A DNA stretch of 64,000 bases from Vicugna vicugna (taxonomy: Eukaryota), in NCBI GenBank assembly GCA_013265495.1, contig MU058065.1, forward strand, positions 1,387,527 to 1,451,526. The letters run 5' to 3'. Below are positions 38,474 through 51,394 of the stretch, piece after piece (position 1 is the stretch's first letter; each line of letters starts with the position of its first letter). The notes under the pieces were generated by a model that saw only the letters and a program-made list of their open reading frames with translations, had not been told where the DNA came from and searched no databases. The translations under genes and the position numbers were made by a program.

Positions 38474-38770
38474 AAAGCAGATGAGAACGATAAGATTTTT
38501 TTTTTGGATGTGGAAAAGTCATAAGGAAAAATACACTGTCTCAGGTCTCCAGTTTTACAGTGTAATTGAGAGGCTAGGCTAAATTAGCAAAATTGCCAGT
38601 GAACAACTGCCAGACAAAGTAGCACCACGTGCCAGGTTTTTATGGGATGCTTTAGAACCATAAAGTATGCAATTAAATTTTAAAACGGAATTATTAGGTC
38701 AGTGTATTGCAAGACCTAAAATTTCATAGGGCTTCTTCAACAGCTTTGAATCTCAAAGACCCAACCGAGA

Positions 38771-39198
38771 TGTGTTCTCTTGAGAAACGCCCCACACCCA
38801 ATGGGAAACCCTCGGCACCCAGAAGTGGGGGACCATCTGCAGGACAAGGCGCACGCCACCTGGTCCTCAGCCTCACGGTCTCACTTCCCCTCCAGCCCAC
38901 GCAGTTACTCAAACGAGCCAATCATATCTGCCCACGGGGACCGGGGCCCCCACCCGCCAGGCACTGCGGCCCCTGCTTCCCACAGCCACTGCAGGTTCAC
39001 GCTGTGCCGCAGCACAACACCCACGTGGCCCCGGACGGTGGGCACTGTCCCCCCTGGGGCTGTGAGTACGTGTGACTAATACGTGGCTATCGGTTTCTCA
39101 TCTTTCTGGTGTCAAGGGTCTTGTGCCCTGCAATCCCCAGAACCCTCGGGCAGAAATCCTTCCTTTGCCAAAGGGAGGAAGAGGAGATGAACAAAACA
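38771..39198 (+). mobile_element. MER74/MER73-like ERVL solo LTR, GC/CpG-rich
   Basis: tg...ca termini; gagccaatcatatc; ggggctgtgagtacgtgtgactaata...aaccctcgggcagaaatccttcc...gaggagatgaacaaaaca 3' end. Confidence 0.65.
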
Positions 39199-40319
39199 GT
39201 TGGGGAAGATCATTCATTAGGGGAAACAAAAAGACCCCTAGGTGAGGTATACTTGAGCTGGATCGTGAAAGCGAAAGAACAGTAAATAACCAATCATTGG
39301 AGGAAATACGGGAAAATACAAATGAGTACACAACAGAGATTAACAAAGGGAAACAGAAGGGTTCATTTCGTCATAGGAGTGACTAGAAGATTCACCTTTA
39401 CAACCAGTAGTTACCGGGCTGAAATAGATAAACTAATACTGCCTGCGGATGGAATATAAGGGGAGACCCAAGATCAATGGGATTATCTTCAAATAAAATA
39501 TCCCAGACCATAGCCAGAAATAAAATATGACTGAAACTAAGAACTTGTTAGAGAAATTAATTCAGCCTCTTTAGTTAGGATAGATGAGTTTTCTTTGATT
39601 TTTATATACCTTTCAGAATTCTAAAAACATTCTCTGAGATAAAATCAAGCCAGCTTTGAAGCTCTACAGAAGGCAATCACCTAAATCCATAAACATTTTG
39701 TGAGGCTAGTATTATTTTTGGCCAATACATGTTATTATTGAAAAAAAAAACACCCTTAAACTTCTGGGGTTTTCTTCAAGAAAGCAGCATCCATGTATGT
39801 TCAAATTGATAATATTCCACTTATATTTTCTTCCTCCATATAACAGTGAAATTTTCTACTGTTTTAATAAATTTAATTCACTTATACCTTATCCAATGAC
39901 TGAGTTCTATACTTATTTATTATCTTTCACTTTCTACATTTGAAGGCAACAGGGGCTAAGATATATTTTTCTGTTATCAACTTTGAGAACCACAGACAAG
40001 AATTATTAAAACATCCTTTTAAGCCAATGAATGATCATAGCTTCTAAAAAGCAGAAAAATGGAATACTGAAATGTCATTTGCATTTTTGTTTACCATTTT
40101 TCAGATGTTTTTATGGGAAGTATAAGGTGGCTACAATATGAGCAGTGGAAAGAGAAGAAAGAAGGTTATTAGAGCTGATTTCCTCTGAATGCGTAGTTTC
40201 AGGATAACGTTCTTTAAAATCAACTTTGTGGAGGTGTAATTTACCTACAGTAAAATGTATCCATTTTAATTATAAAAAAAATAAATAAAATACAATTTCC
40301 CAGCCCTGACACCCAGAAT

Positions 40320-40550
40320 GTGTAAATATAAAACAATATATAATATAAATATATGTATATTCATATAATATGCTACATGTGTATATATATTTACCACCTT
40401 GTAGGCCTGACTTCCCTGTGAGCCCACACATAATGTGTAAATAAGTATACACATGCTACAGGTATATATTATGCTGCATGTGTATGTATGTTTACACAAT
40501 ACAGTACATGTGTAAACTATGTTATTTATAATTATATACTATATATCTCA
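40320..40550. repeat. TA/TG-rich low-complexity tract
   Basis: Degenerate atatatgtgt/atacacat repeats. Confidence 0.7.
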
Positions 40551-43159
40551 TCTTATTGATCTCACAAGTCTGGAAAACTTGTATTATTTTATATTTTTAT
40601 TATTTAATCAGATAATAAGACCTTTATTCTTAAAATTCTAAACAAGTGCTTCTGCATCGCAGAATAAATCTCTATCATCAGTTCATGACTCACATTTACC
40701 AGTTCATTTTTTCCCTCAAGTTAGATGCTTTTCTATTTTCGTCATGTTGATTATCTCATTTAAAAAAAGCACACTACTTCAACCTTCGGCGTTCGTAGTC
40801 TCTATGCATTTTTGATTACTTTATATTTAAACTTGATTTTTTCTCATGTTAATCATTTGGTTTTACTCATTTCTAAATCGCCCTAATATTCTCACCCTAC
40901 TGCCCGTCTTCTCAAAATATCCTTTACAAAATGTTGCCCCCCAAAAAGGGTTTCTATTGCTAGTCTGCTATGGTGTAACTTCATTGTTGTTTTATTTTCA
41001 TTTATATTTGTTTTCCTGCTTTCAGCATTTCTTTTTGGGATGATGGTCTGGGTAATTCTTACAATTTATCATTTCCTGCAGACTCCTTCACCAGTGTGAT
41101 CTATGTTCCCATATTCTGTTGAATAGCTCATGTATTTTTATATTCATTTTGTTTTTAATACCCCAACTCATTAATCTCTGGTAATGTTATGCTATTCCTC
41201 CCCTTTTTTCTATTAGCAAAAATATCTAAACCACCTATTGCCATGCAGCTTCCTAATTACCGTCTCTTCATCAGTATTCAGTCAGCTTCAATTCAGGTTA
41301 GGATATTAATGCACTCTACTTATGAATGAAGAGGATGTAAATCTACTTTGCAATGAAAAAATAGCACTACAAGATTTTAAACTGGTATCAGATGTGGGTT
41401 TTAAAACATGGAGAAAAAAAGAAAACTGTGTGGAAAAAAGGGAGACAAGATAAATGGATTCTGTTAAAATAGATTATTTTGTATCAAAATGTGATTTTGT
41501 TGTGCACTTTTATAATCCACATGTTCCAGCAAGACTTAAAAAGATGAAGTCCTAATCTACAGATAGGGAGCGGCATTGGTTAAGAGATGCAGTCTTTTTG
41601 TGAGCTGTAATGGCCACCCTTTGTGGGCTCCCCCATACAAAAGATAAATCTTTTTTCCGTAGCATTCAGTGTTCTCACCATTCAAATGAAGTTGCTCTAT
41701 TTGAATTACCACTTACTGCAATGATTGCTCCATACAGGAAATTAATGTGCTCCATTACTTAAGGTTTTGTTTCGTGCTTAATTATAGTTTCCCCCATTTA
41801 ATTACAAATGAAAGACAATAATCAAACCTCACTCCAAATAGAGTGAGGCTAATGAATTTTCCCAGCTGTCACAGGGGGAAGCTTCCCTAATCTATTTGCC
41901 CACCCCCGGACCAGGTGGGGGGCCTTTCCTATTCTGTCCTATAAGAACAGCACCCTCCTCTTTTCATTGCACTTAACACAATTGTCATTGTTTCGAAGAT
42001 TGAGGTCATTATCAGCTGAAACCGGCTCTTGTTTAAAATATACAAACCAGGAGGGCTCCAGGTCTGTGGAAGGGCTCCAGGTTAGAAAGATAACCCCAGG
42101 TAAACACAGACCCAGAGCCCTCCTGGTTAATGCATGCCAGTGGTAATAGCTCAGTAAATTATAAGTGGACTGAATGTGGAATGAACTTTGCTGATATACA
42201 CCCAAAACTATTGCTACGAACCTTCTAGAGCAGAACACTTCAGGGCAGTGAAGAAAGACACTTTTGTGAATTAAACTATAGGTTAAAGCACTTCCCACTG
42301 AACTATGAACACTCAGCTCCAAACACCACAGCCAAGAGTCAGCACCTGTCACATTTCTCACCTGTGAGCAACGTTGTTTGGGTTGAGGCTTTGAGTAAAT
42401 GCTTCTAAGCAGATGGAGTGAATGAGCCAACTGAAAAGAAGGCAGATTTTGGCTTAGGAGTCTGAGTTCAGCACAGTGACCCACAGTGTATACCTAAAGA
42501 TACTAATGCCTCCAAGGAAAAGTCATGTTACACCTTAAAGTTCTCTTTTTTTGAATGGTGGTCCCGTTATGGAATACAAATCCGGTCTTACAGCTGGTCA
42601 CTCGACAAAATCATTCTGCGAGATTCATTAGTTCTTTTGTACGGTTTTGCAGTGGGCCACGCACTATGCGTGACGCTTTTCTCTTCCTTTCATGTTATGT
42701 GTGTATGAAATCTCAGTATAAATGCTTCTGTGGTCCACACCATAAAGCACAGCTGCGAGATTGCTGCTTACTCTCACATTAAAGGAAGGAGCACAATCGC
42801 GAGGCCTGGATACAGTGAATAACTGATGAGGGCTATGATGGAAATGCCTTTTCCCTGCTTGCACATTTCCAAATGTAGTAGCAAAAAGGAGGTTATTTGC
42901 ATGCACTATGGGAGTGGAATACAATCTTAATAAGTTGTATATTTTAAACCAGAGCCGGTTTTTGCTATTTTATCTCTGTTAATCAGATGGAAAGTTCATG
43001 ATTCCCTGTTACTATTACTCTCGCCTCCATTCTAATGTTTTTAAAAATTAGAAGGAGAGGATCATTGACATTATAAAATCAATTGTTGACACATACGTTT
43101 CACGGTTGAACCAGCTCCTCCACTTACAAAATATAACCGGGTACCAGGCTCCTGGTGTA

Positions 43160-43264
43160 AGGAAGAGAAAGGAGAAGGAAGGGAGGGAGGAAAGAAAGGA
43201 AGGGAGGAAGGAGAGATGGTGGAGGAGAGAGAAGTAGAGAGAGGAAAGGAAGGGAGAGAAGGGA
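43160..43264. repeat. Polypurine GA-rich low-complexity tract
   Basis: About 100 nt almost entirely G/A. Confidence 0.9.
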
Positions 43265-44104
43265 CGTGTGTGCTCTTTGGCGTGCTAATTTAAAGCTAAA
43301 GCTAGCACTCTGCTGCAACCTGCTGGCCGACTGGAGAACTACATGTGAGAAGACAGTATTGGCAGTGACAAATTCATTGTAAATGCTTCATTTTAAATCC
43401 AGCCCTCTTTATACTTTTATTACAAATAATCCAGTGGGGGTATGCCTGAAACAAAGCATCCGTGTTGTTTCTCAATTTAGAAAATAGACAACTGTTTGCA
43501 TTAGAACATACGAAGGTGAGACTTCCTCACAGAGAATATAGATTGATATTCCAAGCGAGAATGTATTAACCTGGCCCCTAGCCATCCCCTGGTTAGTTAC
43601 GGACTCACTTAAAGATGCTCATGTTCACGCAGATAACACCGTGGTGGGGACAGAGCACGGATGAAAATCACTGTATACGGGAGACTGTGCTCTGTATTCT
43701 ACCAGAAATTCTGGAGCTACACCTGAGTGTTTAAAATACCTGAAAGTTTGGCAAAAAGGACAAAATATCTCTTGTAAAATGGCCAGGAATGTGTTTTGTG
43801 GAACTCTAGGTGGAAGCAGACATGAGGCTTTATAAATGATAAATATATAAATGATGATGGAATATTAACTGAAATACGATATTGCCTATAATAAAGCTTA
43901 AGAAAAGTACATAGTCCATAGTAACATAAATTAGAATAAAATGGAAGAAACAACCCAAAACTATTTTTTGACAATTAATGATTAGTGAAATACTGTCACT
44001 CTGTAAACTTGGAAAATAAGTGGAAAGAAACAGGCTGACAGTTCTATGGTTTTCTCTCTTTATCAAAATGTCACTTTATAACACTGGGTAATAAACGAAT
44101 AAGT

Positions 44105-44550
44105 GCATAGGCATCAATTCAGATCCGCTGAGAAGGAGATGCCAAGGCAGGATGCAACACACAAGAGATTTACTGGGAGAATGCCCGTCATCAAGTGATA
44201 AAAGCTGAAGACCTAGAGCAGGCAGACAACGTCCTCAGACGGAGACCGTTTGGACATCTGCGAAGGAAGAGGGAAAGGAAGGAAGGTGGGTAGGAAGCGG
44301 CTCAGACTACTGAGTCATTCTAAAATAGTTTGGACCACGCTAATGGGGAGGTATTGTGCCAATGGCATCCATTAGAGGAGCCCCGGGCTTGGCAGGAACT
44401 GGCCTGCACATTCATTGGTGGGGAGCAGCCCAGGGGACATGTGGCTTCAGCTTGGCGAACGTGGTGGTAGACCAGAAAGGCCGCCCGGGGCGCCGTCTCA
44501 CGGTGTTCCCCAGCAGACAACCCGGGCTATGCAGCCACGGCGGCCACAGC
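44105..44550 (-). mobile_element. LTR16B/E-like solo LTR
   Basis: tcagatccgctgagaaggagatgccaaggcaggat...caagagatttactggga...tcattggtggggagcagcccagggga. Confidence 0.7.
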
Positions 44551-46539
44551 GTGCGTGCACATTATAGTTTTGCTGTCCCTTCTACTGTCCGTTTTTTCTC
44601 TACATCTTAGCTCCATTTCCACCATGATTACACTTTGCCCAGTTCTCCTGGGTTTGTGTTTCTTTCTCCCACACTTTAATTACGCAGAGTAACAAATTGG
44701 CGATTCATACAGCATCTTGTGTGCCGGGAATTTTCTGTTCTTTCCAGCTTCTGTCCTGCAACCCGGTATATCAATTTAACGGTATGCCATTTATTTAAAA
44801 TGACAAATTTTTAAGAATATCCATAAAAGGATTATGAAAAGAATCACTAAGTCAACTTGGAAGAGAAAAAAGAACAGTAAATATAAAAATCAAGAAATCA
44901 AATGGAAATAATCCATGTCAAGGGCTGAGGAAACTTACCATGTGGGGGGGGAGACATCATATTTGACCTCTGACAGTTCCAGTTTACAGCAATGCTTTCT
45001 TTTATGATTTTCAGGTAAGAGAGAACTTCTGAGCTCCTTGGATTCTGTAATCATCTCTTGTCACTAATACTGGTATCTGGAAAGTGACCCAGAAAGCACA
45101 TGGCATATCACAGATTATCGTGTCCTTAAACCTTATGAGGTGGCTCATCCACACACACACACCATGTATCTCTTCTCTTCTCTGAACAGAGAACCATCCG
45201 TACTGGAGAGGGAAACCTTGCAAGATTTTTAATATAAAATTCATCTTACGTACTCTCCACGTACCTTATAATACTAAGTGGGGAAAGCCACAGTAATCAT
45301 TTTCTCCTCCTTTTAATTATTGTCCACTTAAGAGACATATTTCTTACTTAAAATAATCTTAATGGGTAGTCAGACATTAAACGTTCTTTCTTGGATTGTA
45401 CTAAATAGAGATTGAAAAGACATAGAGAGTCTGCTGTTTGAGACATTAGAAAAATCAGTTCAGGAAAATCACCCAGGTTCTAAGACCAGGTGAAGGGATG
45501 TGGGCCAAATTAGTGATGTACTTGAATGGTCCGTGAACTTCTAAGAATTTATAAGTGTATGCTGAGAGAAAGCCATGCTCTGTCAATTGATTTGGTCCAC
45601 CCCCAAATGGAAATATGTGCTGCCATGCTCAGGCGACGGTAGTTGCCCTTCGTGATACACCAGTGATGTTATACAATGTCCAGCAGTGTCTTTTAATAAA
45701 GGAAGTTGCGTGTGGCTCGTTATGATTCCTTGCCAAGCATAGCATTTGTTGTTAACTGTGAAGGTAGTTTCGAACACTTCTTGACAATAGTGTAAGTTGT
45801 GCCTGTTTTTGCCATGAGAAATGCAACCCTGATGGCGCCACCTGTAGTTTGTGTCTTTTCCTTTCTTTTAGCAAGAATTTTAATCAATTAAAATTTTGTT
45901 TTGCTTGATCTAAAAACAGTTATTGATTTACCGGAGATGTCCCTATGCTGTTTGGTGGGAACAGTTCATAGACGAAGAATTCATGCCATTGCTTAACCAC
46001 GTTCATTGTAGAGAGAAAAATGGGGATTAAGAGAAATGGAGGGAATATGCAAATTTCCCATATTTCAGTTCAGTTTTTCTTCTTAGGCTGCATGTGCAAG
46101 ATCTTCACACTTGCAAGTTCATGTCATTGTCTGGTTCACGTGTACAGATTCCATTTTTACTGAGTCCTGGGCACTCTGTGTATGTAACATAACTTTTGCT
46201 TGTAGATACTATTTTCATCACTGCTTTTGAACTTTAATTAGCTAATTTTATGTATTGATTCACCTTTGAGAATTGTGGTACAATGCAAAACAGCAGTACC
46301 TACCAAAAGTGCAAAATTATCACATGTAAACAATTGAATGAGGATGACCTAGAAAATGAATGAGTTAAGTTAAACTTCCCCCTGTTGTCTGAGACTACAA
46401 TGGTAAGTGAGACTAGTCAATGCAGTCCTTGGAGCATGTGCCCGGTCTTTAAAAATGGAACTGTAAAAAAGGTAAGTGAACCTGTTGACATCACAATTAA
46501 TCTTACATTTCAACGTTATTAAATACATGTAAAAAAAAG

Positions 46540-47154
46540 TTTGTTTTTTTTTAACATTTTTTATTGATTTATAATCATTTTACAATGTAGAGCAAATTTT
46601 TCAATTATACATGAACATATGTATATTCATTGTCACATTTTTTTCTCTGTGAGCTACCATAAGATCTTGTATATACTTCCCTGTGCTATAGAGTATAATC
46701 TTGTTTATCTATTCTACAATTTTGAAATCCCAGTCTATCTCTTCCCACCCCCTGCGCCCTTGGCAACCACAAGTTTGTATTCTACGTCTGTGAGTCTATT
46801 TCTGTTTTGTATTTATGCTTTGTTTGTTTGGGGATTTGGGGTTTTTTGTTTTTTTTTTTTTTAGATTTCACATATGAGCAATCTCATATTGTATTTTTCT
46901 TTCTCTTTCTGGCTTACTTCACTTAGAATAACATTCTCCAGGAGCATCCATGATGCTGCAAATGGCATTATGTTGTCGGTTTTTATGGCTGAGTAGTATT
47001 CCATTGTATAAATATACCACAGCTTCTTTATCCAGTCATCCGTTAATGAACATTTAGGCTGTTTCCGTGTCTTGGCTATTGTAAACAGTGCTGCTATGAA
47101 CATTGGGGTGCACATGTCATCCTGAAGTAGGGTTCCTTCTGGATATATGCCCAG
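46540..47154 (-). mobile_element. Young LINE-1 3' end (camelid type), non-inverted arm of a twin-primed insertion
   Basis: ORF 46861-47115(-) [45 protein letters not shown]...ILSEVSQKEK is the ORF2p C-terminus; 3'UTR, aataaa and A-tail at ~46540-46570. Confidence 0.95.
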
Positions 47155-47402
47155 ACATACAAATGATCAATAGACACATGAAAAAATGCTCAATATCACT
47201 AATTATCAGAGAAATGCAAATCAAAACTACAATGAGGTATCACCTCACACCAGTCAGAATGGCCGTCATTCAAAAATCCACAAATGACAAATGCTGGAGA
47301 GGCTGTGGAGAAAAGGGAACCCTCCTTCACTGCTGGTGGGAATGCAGTTTGGTGCAGCCACTGTGAGACAAAGTATGGAGATTCCTCAAAAGACTGAAAA
47401 AT
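47153..47402 (+). mobile_element. Inverted 5' arm of the same LINE-1 (ORF2 cysteine-rich region)
   Basis: [64 protein letters not shown]...VWRFLKRLK (CCHC region of ORF2p). Confidence 0.95.
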
Positions 47403-47594
47403 GTTGAGTTTTCTTCAGTAGAGAACAAGGCTCTTGTGTAACTCTTGTTAGAACAGCTGGAGTGATCGTTGATCAAAGGCCCCTCTTTTGAGTCGCACTC
47501 TGTAGAGCAATGGCTAATCTTGGATGCATAATGAATTGGTTAAGGAAAAAAACAGTATCCAGAACAGGATTTAAAACTTATTTCTTAGCAGATG

Positions 47595-48090
47595 CATCAG
47601 TCTTGGCTGCCTGATTTAAATCGATTAAACAATAGGAGAAGATTAATAGTTTTTGCATAAAGACAAAGTCAGAAATAGGTTGTATCAGGGTCCCATCAAA
47701 ATTTAGTAAAGTCATAGCTCTGAGTTGCTTCTCTTGGCCTTCACCTCATGTCAGCAGGATGGCTACACCACTGAGGGCATTCCATCCTCATGGGGCACAT
47801 CCAAAGCACAAAGGAGGGGACAAAGCTCTCTCCTTACAAATCCCTCAATGTGCCAGGGCAGAAAACCTCTCACGGAAGAATCCCGGAAGATGCCCCCTTA
47901 TATCTCGCTGATAATAACTGGATCATGCATCCACACCAACCCCCAGTAACAGGTAAAGTAAGATGAGAGTACCCCAATTAGCTCATGATTCATCTGTCCT
48001 GTCTGTGAACATGGTCCATCAATACCAGCACAAAATCAAAGTTCTAGTGTCAAAAAGAAATGGAGTTTGGTAAACAGCTTTCAGTGTCAG
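47595..48090 (-). mobile_element. MLT1J/K-like MaLR LTR
   Basis: cctcatgtcagcaggatggctacacc...cccccttatatctcgctgataataactggatcatgc...caaaatcaaagttct. Confidence 0.6.
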
Positions 48091-48329
48091 TGATGAAATG
48101 TGTCTCCCATAGCAGAGGGCAAGTTTTCAAATATTTAGTAGATGCCCCAAACATAAATATGCAATAAAGGAAGCAGACGGAAGCAGAGTAGCTTCAGTTG
48201 AAGGAGAGTGTGGGCAGAGTCAAGCACTCTTTTCCCCTATAGTGGCTTCCGAAGCACCTCTGTTCAACTTTGGGTACAACTTGAAAACCACTGTCCTAGG
48301 AATTGAATGACCAGAGAGAGACTTCAATG

Positions 48330-48980
48330 GAAACTGCACCATAACCAAATGGGATGCAACCCTGGAATGCAAAGATGGTTAACTTAGTAAATTAATATAT
48401 CTTGCTCTAGGTATAGACAAATAATAAAAGGATAAGACAAATAATAAAAGGATAAAATTCCAAACTTTTTCATTATTATTATATATATTACAGTGATAGG
48501 TGATTGGTGATCTTTGATGTGACTATTACAACTTACCAAAGGCTCAGATGATGGTTAGCATTTTTTAGCAATAAAGTATTTTTCAATTAAAGCATGTATG
48601 TTGTTTTAGACTACAGAATGCTATAGACTACAGTGTAGTGTAAAGATGACTTTTATATGCACTGGGAAACCAAAAAAAATTATGCGACTAGCTGTATTGT
48701 AATATTTTCTTTATTATGGTGATCTAGAACCAAACCTGCAATATCTCCATGGTATCAAGCGACAAAAAGTAGATCCAGACTTAACTGTCCAAAGAATAGA
48801 AGCATTACCATTTCATTCAAGAACAAGAGAAGGATTTTTGGAATTAATTAATATGGAAGACTGGTCTCTGCAATTAAAAAAAAACAGCATAAAGCTATAC
48901 ACGTTGGTGAGGAGGAGGCAAATTTCATTATCTGAAGATGATATTATTGACTAACTAGAATATTCAGATGAATACACTAA
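48330..48980 (+). mobile_element. Ancient LINE-1 ORF2 RT fragment interrupted by a Tigger
   Basis: HHNQMGCNPGMQRWL (HHDQVGFIPGMQGWF) at ~48337-48382 and SLSEDDIID*LE (SLFADDMIVYLE) at ~48925-48960. Confidence 0.7.
48490..48755 (+). mobile_element. Tigger1-derived DNA transposon 3' part
   Basis: tggtgatctttgatgtgactatt / aaggctcagatgatggttagcattttttagcaataaagtatttt...atatgcactgggaaaccaaaaaa...gaaccaaacctgcaatatctcc. Confidence 0.88.
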
Positions 48981-49310
48981 GGATAAATTTGACCTGAACC
49001 ATGCGTGACCCGATACGGAGGAATCCCCTTCCTTATTCTTTGAACTCTCTCTTTTCATTACCTTGTTAGACACACAGAGATGGGCAGTTTTGTTAAAATG
49101 ATGAATTAATTGAATGAGTGGATATTTTTATGGTGAGACCTACCCAACCAGCTGCTACAGCAGTGACTTGCAGATGGGCAATCACATTTGAACTATTATT
49201 TTAGAGATTCTTTCTACTGTCAGGGCAGTGACTAGAGCGATAGCAAAAAAGATGGAGGGGGACAATGAATGAATGACAGATGAGTGAGGTATATATCTTA
49301 AATGTGGGAT

Positions 49311-49760
49311 TGTCATAGTTTGTCCCAAAAATACACTCTAAGACAAAGATTCAAGTGTACGCAGTTTATTTGGAAGTCACAGGGCACACAAGTGAGTGTG
49401 GGGGAGCGAAACAAGGAAAGGAAGGCAGTCGGCAATGGGGTGTTAGGAAACCTACTACTGCAACAGGCAACCAGAGCTTACTTATGGGGAAATTCCAGGA
49501 AACACACATCTCAGAATCCCTCTGCTGGAGGAGTCGGAGAGATGGAGTATTTATACACTGTTCCTGAGAGTCATTGGTTGAAGGCTGCGAGGTTGCGGAG
49601 AAGGGTGGGTGGTGCTGATCCCTCAGAATTTCCAACTACTTCCAGTGTGGGCTAGTGGCCTTCTCTGGTTTAGGGAGAAGCCCTCAGACTTAGAGAGGCA
49701 GATACTAGCTGCTGGGATTTGTCCGAAGCGTGCTGGAATGAAACGAGATGTTAGAGAGCT
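49311..49760 (-). mobile_element. LTR16C-like solo LTR
   Basis: tgtcatagtttgtccc...actctaagacaaagattcaagtgtacgcagtttatttggaag...ggagtatttatacac...gtcattggttgaaggctgc. Confidence 0.75.
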
Positions 49761-51394
49761 GAGTCAATAGGGATTAGTGACGGAGTGGACTGGGAAATAA
49801 AGAACCAAGAAAATTCAAGGTTAGTCCTTAGCAAGACCATTGTTCATTGATTATTCTGAGGTGGGAGGTAATTGATGGATAATGAGCAATGTGACAAGGA
49901 AATCTGATAGAGGGACAGTCATGTGGGGCCAAACATATACGACACAGGTCCCGAGAAACCACCGACATCCTCTATGGCACCATGAGAAGGACTGAGATTT
50001 ACTAAGGTCATGTGCGGTCTCCCAGTATCATGATTTGAATATTACTGGAAATACGCTCTTATTTGGAGCCACTGAAAAATGATACCTAGAAATATGATTT
50101 ACATCATAACAAGATTGCTTGCAGTGTATAATCTCCAGAATTCCATAAACTGTGGAGAGAAAGGAATGTGGAAACTGAACCTGAACATCTATAAAATCCA
50201 TAGCAACATTAGATTTATTTGCTAAACTGTCATCAAACTATACGACGGTAGCCCTCAGATTTTCTTGGCTTCTCAGCAATCAAATATTAAATTTGGCTGA
50301 CCTAATGGGCATGACATAAAATTAAATTAAATCATTAAATTTAACAATTTCAACTGATTTTCCGTTGGGTTCACCCCTGGAGAAAGAGGTAATCTTGAGG
50401 GAGTTAAGGCTGCAGTTTTACAACTTTTCAAATGAGGCGATAAAGCCCAGGGATTTGTTAACCATATCTGAAAGATAAACCGCTCATAGGCAGGAAACAT
50501 GAAAACAAGGGTTCTTCCCTCTGATTAAAAAAAAAAAAAAAGAAAAATCTTGCCGGAGCTTCCTAGTCACAGAACAATCCAGTTTACGTGGAAAAATAAA
50601 TTTTAAATAGAATGTAACAGAATTTTCTAACAATATCTTCATTATAGCCTTGAAACACTGCCTCCTTCCCCCCCACCCCTTTTCCTCTTTTGCAATTTAT
50701 CAGCTGACAGCTAAAAATTGGCCTATAAACCCTCTCTCAGTTGACTCCTCTCTGACCCAGTTCAGGCTCCCGAGTGGGAGGAGCACAGAAGCAAAGCCAG
50801 CATTCGGGCATTTGTTTACAGCTTTGTGTCTCAGCACAAATGATGATACCACTAGAAAGAGTCCCGGGGATAATGTTCCTTTGTTGTGATTTAGCCTGCA
50901 CACCTGCGGGGCCAGGGCGCGCACTGTGCTGTGGGTTCCTCACATGCCAGGCCAGATGAGAAAGCAATTCTTGTTATTGCTTTGTGATTCAATATGCCAA
51001 GCTCCTCTCATTCCCACAAAATGTGGGTAGAAATCAGTGTGTGTGCAACTGAGTGCATACGTCAGAACTCTAGGGGGTGACCTTTTTTTTTTTTTCTGTG
51101 TTACGTTGTCAAGCAGATGTTGATTAAGAAAATTCTGGACTGACACGTTAATCCAGTTGCTGTGGGATCCCATCGGTGAGTGCTGGTTTCACCATTATGC
51201 TATGAAGATTTGCTTCTGTGGAAAAAATCACTCCGAATTTTAATGAATTTTCTACTGTTCTGCAGGAATGATTTCTTTCTTTGTGGTTAACCAAATAGAA
51301 TTTTTTTAAGCTGTAACAAAATTATTTAAAATGTACCATTAAAAATGAATTAAAAATGTATTAATTTATTCATTTAATGATGCATTATATATTT

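Noticed and set aside
38790..39080. Genic CpG-island promoter with ORF 38707-39075
   Set aside because: Short, and lies within a MER74-like LTR; the ORF is a by-product of GC richness
41939..42484. 181-aa minus-strand ORF
   Set aside because: GTG start, no domain or splice support; within the chance range for six frames of 64 kb
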